NCBI GenBank assembly: GCA_964016885.1
Contig: OZ024749.1
Coordinates: forward strand, 27,156,001 to 27,220,000
Reading direction: 5' to 3'
From: Eledone cirrhosa
Taxonomy: Eukaryota
DNA: 64,000 nucleotides
Shown: positions 50,490 to 63,058 of the stretch, one piece after another
How the letters are laid out: each line of letters begins with the position of its first letter
Position numbering within the stretch: position 1 is the stretch's first letter
The notes under the pieces: model-generated
Databases searched by the model: none
Seen by the model: the letters and a program-made list of their open reading frames with translations, nothing else
What the model was told of the DNA's origin: nothing
Translations under genes and position numbers: made by a program

Positions 50490-51267
50490 CTGGTAAATAT
50501 AACAAATATACACTCAATGTAAACAGTTAACTATGATCTGATGATTGCCGCCATCATTATCATCACTGTTGTAATCATCCCTATTAAAATCATAACTCTC
50601 TTCCTCTGTCTGTTTCTATCTCTTTCATACACACACATACACACATACACACATACACACATACACACAGACTGTTGGTTACGACGACAAGTGTTCCAGT
50701 TGATCCGATCAAACGGAACAGCCTGCTCATGAAATTAAGGTGCAAGTGGCTGAGCATTCCACAGACACGCATACCCTTAACATAGTTCTCAGGGAGATTC
50801 AGCGTGACACAGAATGTGACACTTTTGCCAGCTGAGAGAACTGGAGCAACATGAAATAAAATGTCTTGCTCAAGGACACAATGTGCCACCAGAAATCAAA
50901 CTCATGACCTTACGATTGTGAGCCGAATACCTTAACCACAATGCCATGCGTCTTCACATACATACATATATATCGTCACCATATCTCATACTTCTTTTCT
51001 AGATATCAAGAATAGCCACTTCCGAGATAGAATTAGAGTCTTGTCCTCTTTCCTGCTTACTAAAACTTTGGCCTTTGCTAGGTTTATTCTCAACCCTTTT
51101 GATTCCAAGTTCTCTTTCCACAACAAGGGTTTTTACTGAAGCTCTTCCACAGATTCAGCTATAACAACCAGGTCATCAACATACAGAAGTTACCATGGAC
51201 AGCCAGTCCTCTGTTATGGCCTGGAGAACTATAATTAACTTGAGGGGGCTGAAGATTGATCTTTGAT

Positions 51268-51568
51268 GTTAGGTATATTTACCTGGTTTACCTGGCAGGT
51301 AACACCATCTAATATATAGTTAATATTAGATATATTTACCTGATTTACCTGGTAGGTAACACCATCTAATATATAAATCATGTTAGGTGTATTTACCTGC
51401 TTCACCTGGCAGGTAACACAATCTAATATTTAAATCATGTTAGGTATATTTACCTGATAAGTAACACCATCTAATATATAGTTAATGTTAGATATATTTA
51501 CCTGGCAGGTAACACCACCTAATATATAAATCATGTTAGGTATATTTACCTGGTAAGTAACACCATCA
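51268..51568. repeat. 48/57-bp tandem array containing the exon 3 end and donor
   Basis: Minus-strand unit ..TTAGATGGTGTTACYTRCCAG|GTAAATATA.. Confidence 0.9.
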
Positions 51569-51618
51569 TTCCACTTGTAAAGCCCATAGCCATGCATAAG
51601 ACCTTGATGGAAGAAACC
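51550..51618 (-). CDS. RSPH10B: RSPH10B-like exon 3
   Basis: catcag|GFFHQGLMHGYGLYKWNDGVTYQ|gtaaat (MORN). Confidence 0.92.
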
Positions 51619-52154
51619 CTGATGACAGTAAAAAAAAACAAAACAAATTGTAATTGTGACCCAGTAGTGTAGCTTGAAGGGTTAAGAAGGAGAGGAGAAT
51701 GAGGGCCTTGGTTGACATGTTTTTTCTTTTTTTTTTTGGTGGAGAGGGGAGGAGCACTTTTGTGTAGGTTTGGTGTGTATTGGGTTTTGTTTTTCATGCC
51801 CGATAGTCATGCTCATAATAGTGGTGGTGGTGGTGATGGTGGTGGTGATAGTCGTGCTCATAATAGTGCTGGTGGTGGTGATGGTGGTGGTGATAGTCGT
51901 GCTCATAATAGTGCTGGTGATGGTGGTGGTGGTGGTGATAGTCGTGCTCATAATAGTGCTGGTGATGGTGGTGGTGGTGGTGATAGTCGTGCTCATAATA
52001 GTGCTGGTGATGGTGGTGGTGGTGGTGATAGTCGTGCTCATAATAGTGCTGGTGATGGTGGTGGTGGTGGTGATAGTCGTGCTCATAATAGTGGTGGTGG
52101 TGGTGGTGGTGGTGGTGGTGGTGGTGATGATTAATGATGAAAGAATAAACTTAC

Positions 52155-52230
52155 TTTATAAGTATGTCCATCAGTAAACTCCACTTCTCCTTCCCCTTCA
52201 AACAAACCATTTAACAGTTCACCATTATAT
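52155..52230 (-). CDS. RSPH10B: RSPH10B-like exon 2
   Basis: ctcttcag|...YNGELLNGLFEGEGEVEFTDGHTYK|gtaagt (MORN). Confidence 0.92.
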
Positions 52231-52394
52231 CTGAAGAGTTATAAAGAAAACTGTGCTTATGTTAATGTGCTTATTATGTAGTTCTAAATAACTGTGTGTA
52301 GTTCTAAATAACTGTGTGTAGTTCTAAATAACTGTGTGTAGTTCTAAATAACTGTGTGTAGTTCTCAATCTAATATTATAATAATAATAAAATA

Positions 52395-53195
52395 ATAATA
52401 ATGAAATTATTGTGTACAGTGCTCAGGTGCACTACAACTCGTCAAAGGTGCATGTATAGTACATAGAATAATATACAAATGTCAGGGAAGTGAATAGTGT
52501 ATGAGTCATGATATACATGTGTGTATGTGTATGGAGGGGGGAACATCAGGTGTAGTGTTGGCGAATCTCGAGAAACATGGAGGTTTTAAAGGATGCAGTG
52601 TCTCGACAGCTAACAACTGATGCAGGTAGTTTGTTCCATGCTTCAGCAACTCTGAGCGTGAAAAGATTTTTCCAAAAGTCATGGGAGCTGTGCTGTTTTC
52701 TGACTTTGTGGGCATGTCCACGTGTGTTAGACACATGGAAATCAAAAAGGTACTCAGGGTTGTTGTTGGCAACATGGTTAACAATTTTGTGGGTGTTTAC
52801 CAAGTCAGTTGCCAGGCGTCGGAGCTTCAATGTATCCATGCCCAGGGAAGCAAGGCGCTCAGAATATGGTAGATGCCTGATGGAGGGTATTCGCTTGGTT
52901 GCACATCTCTGAACAGTTTCCAGGCGGTCAATGTTCTGAGCAAGATAGGGGTTCCAGACTGGTGATGCAAATTCTAAGTATGGCCGCGCCATAGCCAAGT
53001 ACAGCCTTAAATAGATAGCTGAAGAGCGGCTGACAAAGGTCTTGCTCAGTGATGCTAAGACACCCTCAGCTCTCTTGACAATTTTAGAGACATGCTTCAT
53101 CCAACGCAAATCGCTGCTGACCGTAATGCCCAGGTCACGTTCACAAGAAGACTTCTTGATATTAGTGCTGTGGAGGGAGTATGTGGACGCTGGGT
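52395..53195 (-). mobile_element. CR1-like LINE 3' fragment inserted in the 22-bp satellite
   Basis: RPYLEFASPVWNPY...LETVQRCATK...TRGH...RVAEAWNKLP; satellite on both sides. Confidence 0.88.
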
Positions 53196-53197
53196 TT

Positions 53198-55250
53198 TAT
53201 GTAGTTCTAAATCTAATATTGTGTAGTTCTAAAGCTAATATCATGTAGTTCTAAATCTAATATTATGTAGTTCTAAATCTAATATTATGTAGTTCTAAAT
53301 CTAATATTATGTAGTTCTAAATCTAATATTATGTAGTTCTAAATCTAATATTATGTAGTTCTAAAGCTAATATCATGTAGTTCTAAATCTAATATTATGT
53401 AGTTCTAAATCTAATATTATGTAGTTCTAAATCTAATATTATGTAGTTCTAAATCTAATATTATGTAGTTCTAAATCTAATATTATGTAGTTCTAAAGCT
53501 AATATTATGCAGTTCTAAATCTAATATTATGCAGTTCTAAATCTAATATTATGTAGTTCTAAATCTAATATTATGTAGTTCTAAATCTAATATTATGCAG
53601 TTCTAAATCTAATATTGTGTAGTTCTAAAGCTAATATTATGTAGTTCTAAATCTAATACTGTGTAGTTCTAAAGCTAATATTATGTAGTTCTAAATCTAA
53701 TATTATGTAGTTCTAAAGTTAATATTATGTAGTTCTAAATCTAATATTATGTAGTTCTAAATCTAATATTATGTAGTTCTAAATCTAATATTGTGTAGTT
53801 CTAAATCTAATATTATGTAGTTCTAAATCTAATATTGTGTAGTTCTAAATCTAATATTATGTAGTTCTAAATCAAAATATTGTGTAGTTCTAAATCTAAT
53901 ATTGTGTAGTTCTAAATCTAATATTATGAGGTTCTAAATCTAATACTGTGTAGTTCTATATCTAATATTATGTAGTTCTAAATCTAATATTATGTAGTTC
54001 TAAATCTAATATTATGTAGTTCTAAATCTAATATTGTGTAGTTCTAAATCTAATATTGTGTAGTTCAAAATCTAATATTATGTAGTTCTAAATCTAATAT
54101 TATGTAGTTCTAAATCTAATATTGTGTAGTTCTAAATCTAATACTGTGTAGTTCTAAAGCTAATATTATGTAGTTCTAAATCTAATATTATGTAGTTCTA
54201 AATCTAATATTATGTAGTTCTAAATCTAATATTGTGCAGTTCTAAATCTAATATTATGTAGTTCTAAATCTAATATTGTGTAGTTCTAAATCTAATATTG
54301 TGTAGTTCTAAATCTAATATTATGTAGTTCTAAATCTAATATTATGTAGTTCTAAATCTAATACTGTGTAGTTCTAAAGCTAATATTATGTAGTTCTAAA
54401 TCTAATATTGTGTAGTTCTAAATCTAATATTGTGTAGTTCTAAATCTAATATTATGTAGTTCTAAATCTAATATTATGTAGTTCTAAATCTAATACTGTG
54501 TAGTTCTAAAGCTAATATTATGTAGTTCTAAATCTAATATTGTGTAGTTCTAAATCTAATATTGTGTAGTTCTAAATCTAATACTGTGTAGTTCTAAATC
54601 TAATATTGTGTAGTTCTAAATCTAATATTATGAGGTTCTAAATCTAATATTGTGTAGTTCTAAATCTAATATTATGAGGTTCTAAATCTAATACTGTGTA
54701 GTTCTAAATCTAATATTGTGTAGTTCTAAATCTAATATTATGAGGTTCTAAATCTAATATTATGAGGTTCTAAATCTAATATTGTGTAGTTCTAAATCTA
54801 ATATTATGAGGTTCTAAATCTAATATTGTGTAGTTCTAAATCTAATATTATGAGGTTCTAAATCTAATACTGTGTAGTTCTAAATCTAATATTATGTAGT
54901 TCTAAATCTAATATTATGAGGTTCTAAATCTAATATTGTGTAGTTCTAAATCTAATATTATGAGGTTCTAAATCTAATACTGTGTAGTTCTAAATCTAAT
55001 ATTGTGTAGTTCTAAATCTAATATTATGAGGTTCTAAATCTAATATTATGTAGTTCTAAATCTAATATTGTGTAGTTCTAAATCTAATATTGTGTAGTTC
55101 TAAATCTAATATTATGTAGTTCTAAATCTAATATTGTGTAGTTCTAAATCTAATATTATGAGGTTCTAAATCTAACTGTATTTCTAAATCTAATATTGTG
55201 TAGTTCTAAATCTGTGTGTGGTTCTAAATTTAATTGTGTGTGGTTCTAAA
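53198..55250. repeat. 22-bp satellite (about 90 copies); related units at 52270-52378
   Basis: GTAGTTCTAAATCTAATATTAT. Confidence 0.97.
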
Positions 55251-55342
55251 TCAATAAAATAGATACCAGTGACAAATTGGCGTTGATTTAACTGTCTGAA
55301 ACCACTCCTGTTTCTATTATAGAAAACTGTTTTGAAGGGTTT

Positions 55343-55557
55343 ACAAGGTGGTGCTGAAAGGTTCCTGTCTTTATTGCTGCTACAGAAGCCTGGTTGGAGG
55401 CCTACCCTTCTGAGTTCTTTTTACAGGGCTTAGAAAAACTAAAGGATCACTGCAATAAGTGTGAGAATCTGAGAGGGGAATATGTTGAATAAAATCATAA
55501 TTAACTGATCCTCCTGTATTTTCCAATGCCAGGAACTTTTCAGTAACCCCCTCATAT
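55343..55557. mobile_element. Mariner-like MITE
   Basis: TIR-like ends ..GGTGGTGCTGAAAGGTTCCTG / CAGGAACTTTTCAGTAACCCCCTCATA; related ends at about 11503 and 32150. Confidence 0.55.
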
Positions 55558-56340
55558 ATAATATTTATCTGAAAATACGCTTTAGGGAATTGGTCACAGG
55601 GTTATTTACTTTGGTAAACGCCACTGCAGGTCAACCACTAATTAAATTCGATACAGATATAATAAGGTTAACAAACTTACTCGTGAGTGAACTGACCGAG
55701 AGCCGGTCGCCAAATAATCAGCATGGTAAATTAAATGTTATTGAGACACGAGTAACATAATAATGATGTCAACAGCAGAAATTAGAGATGAAATGTATGT
55801 TTATTTTTGTTGTAGCACAAATAATGTTGGTTAACTTGTATGGTTGAAGATACACATAAAAATGAGGTTACAAAAGGGAATGTGTCATTGCGCCGGAAAG
55901 TCGGCAGGTTAAGGTGCAAAATCTCACCGTCACATGTACGTGTTGCTGGTTCGAAGTCCCAGGTGGGAGAGAGAGATTTTCTTCAAATCTTCGCGGGTAA
56001 ATTTCTCTCTCAGGACGCGTAGGGATACATCCTCTTCTGCTGGCACTGATTGGCTGAGCTGAGCCAAATCACGCACAGAGAATGCATGTGAGCCTGCGGA
56101 ATGTAGGTCACTACAACGCCATCATAAATTGATTTATGAACCTTTGTTAAGTTATGCTCCAAACACCAGCTTAATAATTATATTACTAAATCCCTCCAAA
56201 TTCTTGATTAATTAAAAGATTATCTAAAAATTACAAGCAATGTCTTTCATTAGAAATATGGTAAGAAAAGGGTTGATGGTCCTATAAAGTGTCCTAGATG
56301 GGAATGGAATTGTAATAAAAAGACTAAGATTGTAAATACA

Positions 56341-56719
56341 ATAATTGTTTCTACTTTTGGCACAAGGCCAGCAATTATCCCAGTTTATTACTGGCACTTT
56401 ATTTTATCAACCCTGTGAGGATGAAAGGCAAAGTTAACCTCGGCGGGATTTGAACTCAGACCGTAAAGGGGCGTAACTCTATGCTACAAAGCATGGCATC
56501 CGACCCTCTACCGATACTGCCAATCCACTACCAAAAGCTTGGCAGTATTGGTAGAAAGTCGGATGCCATGTTTTGCAGCATAGAATTAAGCCCTTTATGA
56601 TCTGAGATCAAATCCCGCCGAGGTTAACTTTGCCTTTCATCCTTATGGGGTCGATAAAATATAGCACCAGTAATGCACTGGGGTAATTGCCGGCCTTGTA
56701 CCAAAAGTAGAAACAATTA
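56341..56719. mobile_element. Head-to-head inverted SINE pair
   Basis: Minus copy 56341-56530 and plus copy 56539-56719. Confidence 0.85.
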
Positions 56720-57303
56720 CTCTCCACTAGTAGCCACAAAATTAACTAAATTTTTTGAGGTAGACAAGAACAAAAGGAAGGCAACCCATCAAAGATACGT
56801 GTAACTACAAAGAAATATAACTGCCCAGGGTAGACATGGACTCTGTTAACCACAGAGAAGGCAACTCATCTAGGAGAGCAATCATTCCAAATAAATAAGA
56901 CTGCTCAAGATAGAACCAGGATACCATAAGCTTTAGAGAAGGCAATTCATCTAGAAGAGTAGTTACTCTGAAATAAAACTGATACAGAGTAGAGGATACT
57001 TGTCCAGACAGCATGATAAAATGCACCCAGTCCATGTAAAGTAGTTGGTAATAAGAAGCCAGAAAAATGTTGCCAACAAAACCATGACTAGTATAACATT
57101 CAGTGTTAGCCCTTTAGCATTTAAACTGGCTGTATCCAGTTAGAATTCTCTCAACTCTTTCTGTTCAAACTGGCCACACATATTGATGTTAAGGTATTGT
57201 TCTCAAAATAAATAATATCAAAATCTCATAGATTCGATATTATGTAAGATATTATATGATATAAAGCCTTTACCATGAAAATATAATAGTAAATATAGAG
57301 TAA

Positions 57304-57927
57304 TCTATATAACTAAAACAGAGAATGTCTGTCTGTCTGATTCCCTAAAACTCGAGAACCACCGAACCGATTGTTTTCAAACTTTACACATGTAATACTT
57401 ATGGTCCTGTGAGTGTTTTGAGAAAAAATATTTCAAATTTTCAATGCCTTAGGGACTGCATTAGGCGATTTAGCGATCTATCTCTATAATTCTTAGTCTT
57501 TCTTTTTAGATAGATACATAGATATAACGTTGCGCCCTTATATCTGTCTGTATGTCTGGCTGTCTGCATTACGACATTATGATGTCGCTATCTGTGTGTG
57601 TGTGTATATATGTATATATAGTGTGTGTATATATATATATAGTGTGTAACGTTTGTAACGTTTTTCAAAATATTTACTTCTGCGCTCACAGATTGATTTT
57701 TTTAGTTTCAGAAGATCTCAGGGTGAAAGCAGCGATTCTTTGCTTAAACTTTAATCTGTTATTTTAATATATATATAATTATATATTCGTGTACAGATAT
57801 TTTTGCATACACAATAACAAAATATAAACAAACGTATTTATTTCACGAGGCTCAATAAGGATAAATATATAACAAATATAAAAGAAGCCTAGAGCAAATC
57901 CCGAGCAACGCCGAGCCATTCTGCTAG
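57304..57927 (+). mobile_element. Non-autonomous Helitron nested in a piggyBac-like MITE
   Basis: A|TC...CCCGAGCAACGCCGAG...CTAG|T; no TSD. Confidence 0.85.
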
Positions 57928-59396
57928 TGTAAATACTAAAGGGTTAAATATAATTGTGTACGCAGGGTCAACATTAATGATGTTAGTGCCACGCACTGTA
58001 GTGGTGTGGCTAGCCTAGCTAAGTGTGAGAACCCTTGATCATCATCAAGTGATCACATACTACCACTCACGTACAGTGAGCTATTACGAGAAGATGACCC
58101 AACCACCAAGGGACTGCCTTTTCTGCAAAGTAACCCAGTTCAGAACTGTCACACTTAATGATGGCACACTGAAAGGTAGATCAGGAAAAATTGTGGAAAT
58201 GCTTGAGAAGAGATGAGTAGATGAGTGCTGCGTGCAAGAAGTGAGATGGAGGGATGCATCAGCCAAACAGTTTAGATACAAGCTCTTCTGGATAGGAAAT
58301 GATAATGGCATAGGTGGATGAGATATTCTACTAGCCGAGAAGGGGATAGATAAGGTTATTGAGATAGAATAAATGACAGAATTATCAAGCTCAAAATAGT
58401 CATAGGTGATAGAATGACATAAATCTTTCTTTAAACATATTTAACATCTCGCTGTTTAAGGGTCAGTCCACCTTGTGGTCCCAACGGAGGACAGAATGGA
58501 GAAGACATTGCCCTGAAGGATGGCGAGGGAGACAAACCACTCAGTAGCCAACTCCACCCCAATAGCAGTGAGTAGGGATATGGTCGGGGGGTGAGTGCAA
58601 CAACACCAGCAGTCTCCACTGTCACAGGTTCAACCATTAACCTATCAAAGAACACCGATACTTTGACAGTTTGCCTTCTTCAGCCTAACTATCTACCAGA
58701 TGATGGAATTCTATCTACCAGCTGCAACACTACTGCCACCCTGATGGAATAACAGATCTGTCAACTCTCCCCATTCTACAGGGAGACCTCCCAACCACTT
58801 AGGGGTGAGTGAGAGATGTCTTCTCTTGTGAAAATGGGTATAGTTTTCATTATGTAAAATCTCCCCATTTTGCCTCAATTCTCCCCGTTTTGGGGCCCTT
58901 TTTTTCATGGCACTCCCTGTTTTGGTTTTTAGAGATTGGCAGGTCTCAAATAATTACTACTACCAGGTGATGCTTGTGAGGGTGCTTGGTTGTTCCAGTG
59001 CCTTAGCCTCGCTATTACCCGTGGTGACACTTCCAATGTGTTATCTAGTCTGTCCCGAGCTCCGAAGCTCAACAGGCCAGTGCTTATCCCAATTTCCATG
59101 GCGTGAAGCCACTGAGAGTAGAAAACTCCTCCTGGACATGACGCCAGTCAATTGCAGGGTTAAACCCCCAGCTATTGCTGGTACTCATTTTCAGCTGAGT
59201 ATTCTGGAGCAACGTGAAATGAAATGTTTTGCTCAAGAACACAACACACAACCCAGTTCAGGAATCGAACCCACAACATTACGATCGTAAGTCCAACATC
59301 CTTACCACTATGTCACGTATGTTGGCCTGCCTCAAAAATTATTCAAGGGAGGCTCCGGTAATGCTTGTGACGTGTGACCGATTGGCATACATTAAT

Positions 59397-59864
59397 GTGT
59401 GGATTGGCAGTATCGGTAGAGGGTCGGACGCCATGCTTTGATGCATAGAGTTACGGCCCTTTATGATCTGAGTTCAAATCACGCCGAGGCTAACTTTGCC
59501 TTTCATCCTTACGGGGTCGATAAAATAAAGTATCAATAATGCACTGGGTAATTGCTGGCCTTGTGCCAAAAGTAGAAACAATTAATGTTATACATAGTGT
59601 TGTACTAATATTATCTTTCGTGTTGATTCTATATTATGTGAATTAATGTTGATTCGTGTTGATTCTATATTATGTGAATTAATTGTTTCTACTTTTGGCA
59701 CAAGGCCAGCAATTACCCAGTGTATTACTGGTACTTTATTTTATCGACCCCGTAAGGATGAAAGGCAAAGTTAACCTCGGCGGGATTTGAACTCAGAATG
59801 GCAAGGGCCGTAACTCTATGCGTCAAAGCATGGCGTCCGAGCCTCTACCGATACTGCCAATCCA
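59397..59864. mobile_element. Tail-to-tail inverted SINE pair
   Basis: Plus copy about 59397-59585 and minus copy about 59680-59864. Confidence 0.85.
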
Positions 59865-60337
59865 TTAATGTAATACAGATATATCTGTGTTGATTTTTGA
59901 CGGTATGTGTTTATAATTTCAAGCTATCTATAAATTTTTTAAACTTTATTGTGCAAATACTCGAGGTCTAATACACAAAAATATACAATCAATGCGAAAA
60001 ATAAACAAAACATTAATTTGTAATGTTCTTCTGAACGAATTGCGAGCAATTTATAGTGTTATTTTCGCATTTGTAATGTTATTTATGTATATATTCAAAA
60101 CATATTTGTAATGTTATTTATACAACTGTGAATAAAATTTCCTTTAATTTGTAAATATTGAAGAAAAACAAAACCTTAATTCAACATTAAGTGCGTCAAT
60201 CGATCACACACACCACAAGGGTCTGGGAGGCGGGTGTGAAATTTACAATACAAGGTCTTTGTTTTTATAACTAAGTTACTATGATGATAGATATAATATG
60301 ATGATAGATATAATAAATAATAAATATTGTCGCTTAC

Positions 60338-60579
60338 GACTTAATAATAACACTGGTTAACAATGGTCCTTCGTTGGTAGAGGTTGCTGCCATATCGGCC
60401 TCCTCGTCTACCACCAGTACACTATCATCTCCTCCTGCTCCTCCTCCCCCTCCAGTTGTAGTTGGTTGTCGTTCTGTTTTCTCTGTTACCTCTTCATTAT
60501 CTCCAGAACTCGGTTCCGTCTTCTCATCTTCGGTAACTATCGTCTCGTCGGCCTTCTTTGAACCTTTCTTTCTCACCAT
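60338..60579 (-). CDS. RSPH10B: RSPH10B-like exon 1
   Basis: MVRKKGSKKADE...EGPLLTSVIIK-TC|gtaagc; acidic N-terminus; phase matches exon 2. Confidence 0.85.
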
Positions 60580-60689
60580 ATTTTTATATATATATATATA
60601 TTCTTCTTCTGCTGCTGTTGTTGTTCTTGTTTGTTTGGTGAGTTGTTTTTATTTTCCTTCTCGACAGAAACAAATCTACTGAGCTGTCG

Positions 60690-60702
60690 GTTGCTTGGCA
60701 AC
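60690..60702. promoter_or_regulatory. RFX X-box upstream of RSPH10B
   Basis: GTTGCTTGGCAAC near-palindrome matching the X-box consensus, 110 bp upstream of the ATG of a motile-cilia gene. Confidence 0.7.
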
Positions 60703-61929
60703 AACAAACTTTTTTTTTTTTTTGTAACAACAAAAGGCTTGGATGAGAGTAAGACAGTTATTATTTGGTGGTGTTGCTGGTGGTAGTGCCATTAGTGCTA
60801 ATGTTGGTGGTGTTGCTGGTAGTGTTGTTGGTATTGATGGTAGTGTCATTAGTTTTAATGTTGGTGGTGTTATAGGTGGTGTTGCTGGTAGTAGTGTTGG
60901 TATTGGTGGTAGTGTCATTAGTGCTAATGTTGGTGGTGTTACGTACTGGTGTTGGTGATGTTAGTGCAGTTGTTGGTAGTGTAGGTGTTGTTGATAGTGT
61001 TGGTGATGTTCTTGGTGGTGGTGGTGGTGCTGTTGGTAGTTAGTGGTGGTGTTTGTGGCTTTGTTGTTGATAGTGTTAGTGGTGATGGTGTAGTAGTTGT
61101 TGTTAGTCGTGGTGTGTTTTTTAATTACTCTCGTGTCCCAATTAATAAGCCACGAGGCGGGGGCGATTATTCAACACTTGAGAGTAAAATTATTGTTGTA
61201 TTTACTAATAATATTGTTATTAGTGCTGTTGATAAATTTAAAATACAAGAATTATAATTCTCATATTCTAACTTTATTTGTTATGATTTTAGTATATGTA
61301 ATATATAAAAAGTAAAGTTAAGGGAAATGGCTCTTCCATCTGTTTACGGCGATGTATATTCCAGTTGTTCGATCAATGGAACAGCCAAATTATAAAATGA
61401 GCGTGTAAGTGGTTGATATTCCATAGACACGTGTAATCCGAACGTAATTCCTAGTGAGGCTGGTCCTTTGAATTACAGGCACAGAGAGAGAGTGTGTGTG
61501 TTTAATTTGTAACTGACGTTTCAATTCCGTTCATGTATCACTCGTTCGTTCGTCTATTTTGCCAGAAATTGGTAGAGCGTCGGACGAATGCTTTCACTAC
61601 TTTTGACTGATTGCAGTCTTCAGTTATGCCTCTTTACGTTCTGAGTTCAAATTTTGTCGAGGTCAGCCTTGTTTTTCTTCTCTCCCGCGAGAAGAATCTA
61701 TATAAAATAAAATAACTTAGTTACAAGCCCGTACATGACATCTAGGGTTCTTTACGTAAATATTGAATCAACTCCTGTACTTGATTGTACTTTATTTTAT
61801 TGGCATTTTCTCTAGCAATTTTGATAATCCCCCATCACTCCCAGTATTACTTACCTGCTGGTTTTTAATGTGTTTCCAAACTGTGAGACTTATAAACGAT
61901 ACACTCTTAGATTTATGGAATTAATATTT

Positions 61930-62350
61930 TAACTGTAGTTGACTCCTGATTATCTTGTTAACTCGTGGTTGCGTAGTTGACACTTGCTGGTGTAGTTAAT
62001 CCTTGTTTGTGTAGTTGGCCTCTGCATGTGTAGTTGGCCTCTGCTTGTGTAGTTAACTCTGCTTATGTAATTGACCTCTGCTAGTGTAGTTGATCCCTGC
62101 TTGTGTAGTTGACACCTGCTTGTGTTGTTAATCCATCCGTGTTTGTGTAGTTGACTTCTGCTTATGTAGTTGATCCTTGTTTGTTTAATTGACACATGCT
62201 TGTGTAGTTGACACATGCTTGTGTAGTTAACACCTGTTTGTGTAGTTAACACCTGTTTGTGTAGTTGATCCCTGCCAGTATAATTGACACCTGCTGGTGC
62301 AGTTGACCTCTGCTTGTGCAGTTTTAAATCTAATTTTGTGCAGTTCTGAA
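61930..62350. repeat. Degenerate ~20-bp tandem repeat
   Basis: GTGTAGTTGACACCTGCTT-like units. Confidence 0.8.
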
Positions 62351-62978
62351 TTTAATTTTGTGCAATAAGGTTATATTTTATGTCAAATACTACAGCAGTG
62401 CTCACATGGTGGTCAAAAAACTTAAAACACTCATAAAATGTTTAAATTAGTCATAAACCCTTTCTTTAACATATATAGTGAAAGACACTGCCTACGTCAT
62501 TGAGAGGGGTTGTTTCATAAAACCAGAGGCAGTTTTGGATGGGTTGGTATCAGAAAGAATTTAAAATGCTTCTTCCTCAGACTCAGAGAATATCAAACAT
62601 TGGGTCATGGCACCTAACTCAAAGATTCATCTAGTTCTGACACCCATCTTTTTTCCATCCAGTGGGTTTGCCCCATTATTTGACAATATTATTTAGTCAA
62701 ATGTTACAGTGCAGCATCTATTTCTATTTCAATTTCAAACTAAATTTATTATTATTGTCGTTGATGTTTTTGGGGTTTCTTTTTGTATTGCAGATTGGAT
62801 CTGTTCCTCCGAATGGTTTCTTAACAACAGACGTCACTCCAGAACATTCTAACTGATCCTGCCACCCATTTGGGAAATGTAAAGTAAAGAGACTAACAAC
62901 AACAACAGCAGCTACTCTGGGACAATGTTTTTATATATAATAAGTGCAACGATTCTGATCTGTTCTTTGTTTATAAAG

Positions 62979-63058
62979 TTGCCCCAGATTATGAAAATAC
63001 TGGAATCAAAGATGACCGCCAGTATCAGCATGATAGCAGTTTTGTTGGAGATGTGTGG
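62979..63058 (+). CDS. Candidate exon of an unidentified plus-strand gene divergent from RSPH10B
   Basis: Non-repetitive 80 nt between ttctttgtttataaag and GG|gtaagt. Open frames (APDYENTGIKDDRQYQHDSSFVGDVW or MKILESKMTASISMIAVLLEMCG). No homology recognised. Confidence 0.3.

Larger units (their letters stand above)
25984..60579 (-). other. RSPH10B: RSPH10B-like radial spoke head 10 gene span (18 coding exons, about 840 aa, MORN repeats)
   Basis: Phase-consistent exon chain (2449 nt plus a gap exon) with MORN repeats ([42 protein letters not shown]) and RSPH10-type motifs QFWRFLKDC and YLEFLEALV. Confidence 0.92.

Noticed and set aside
62794-62880. Selenoprotein exon with in-frame TGA
   Set aside because: No recognisable selenoprotein motif or SECIS within view.
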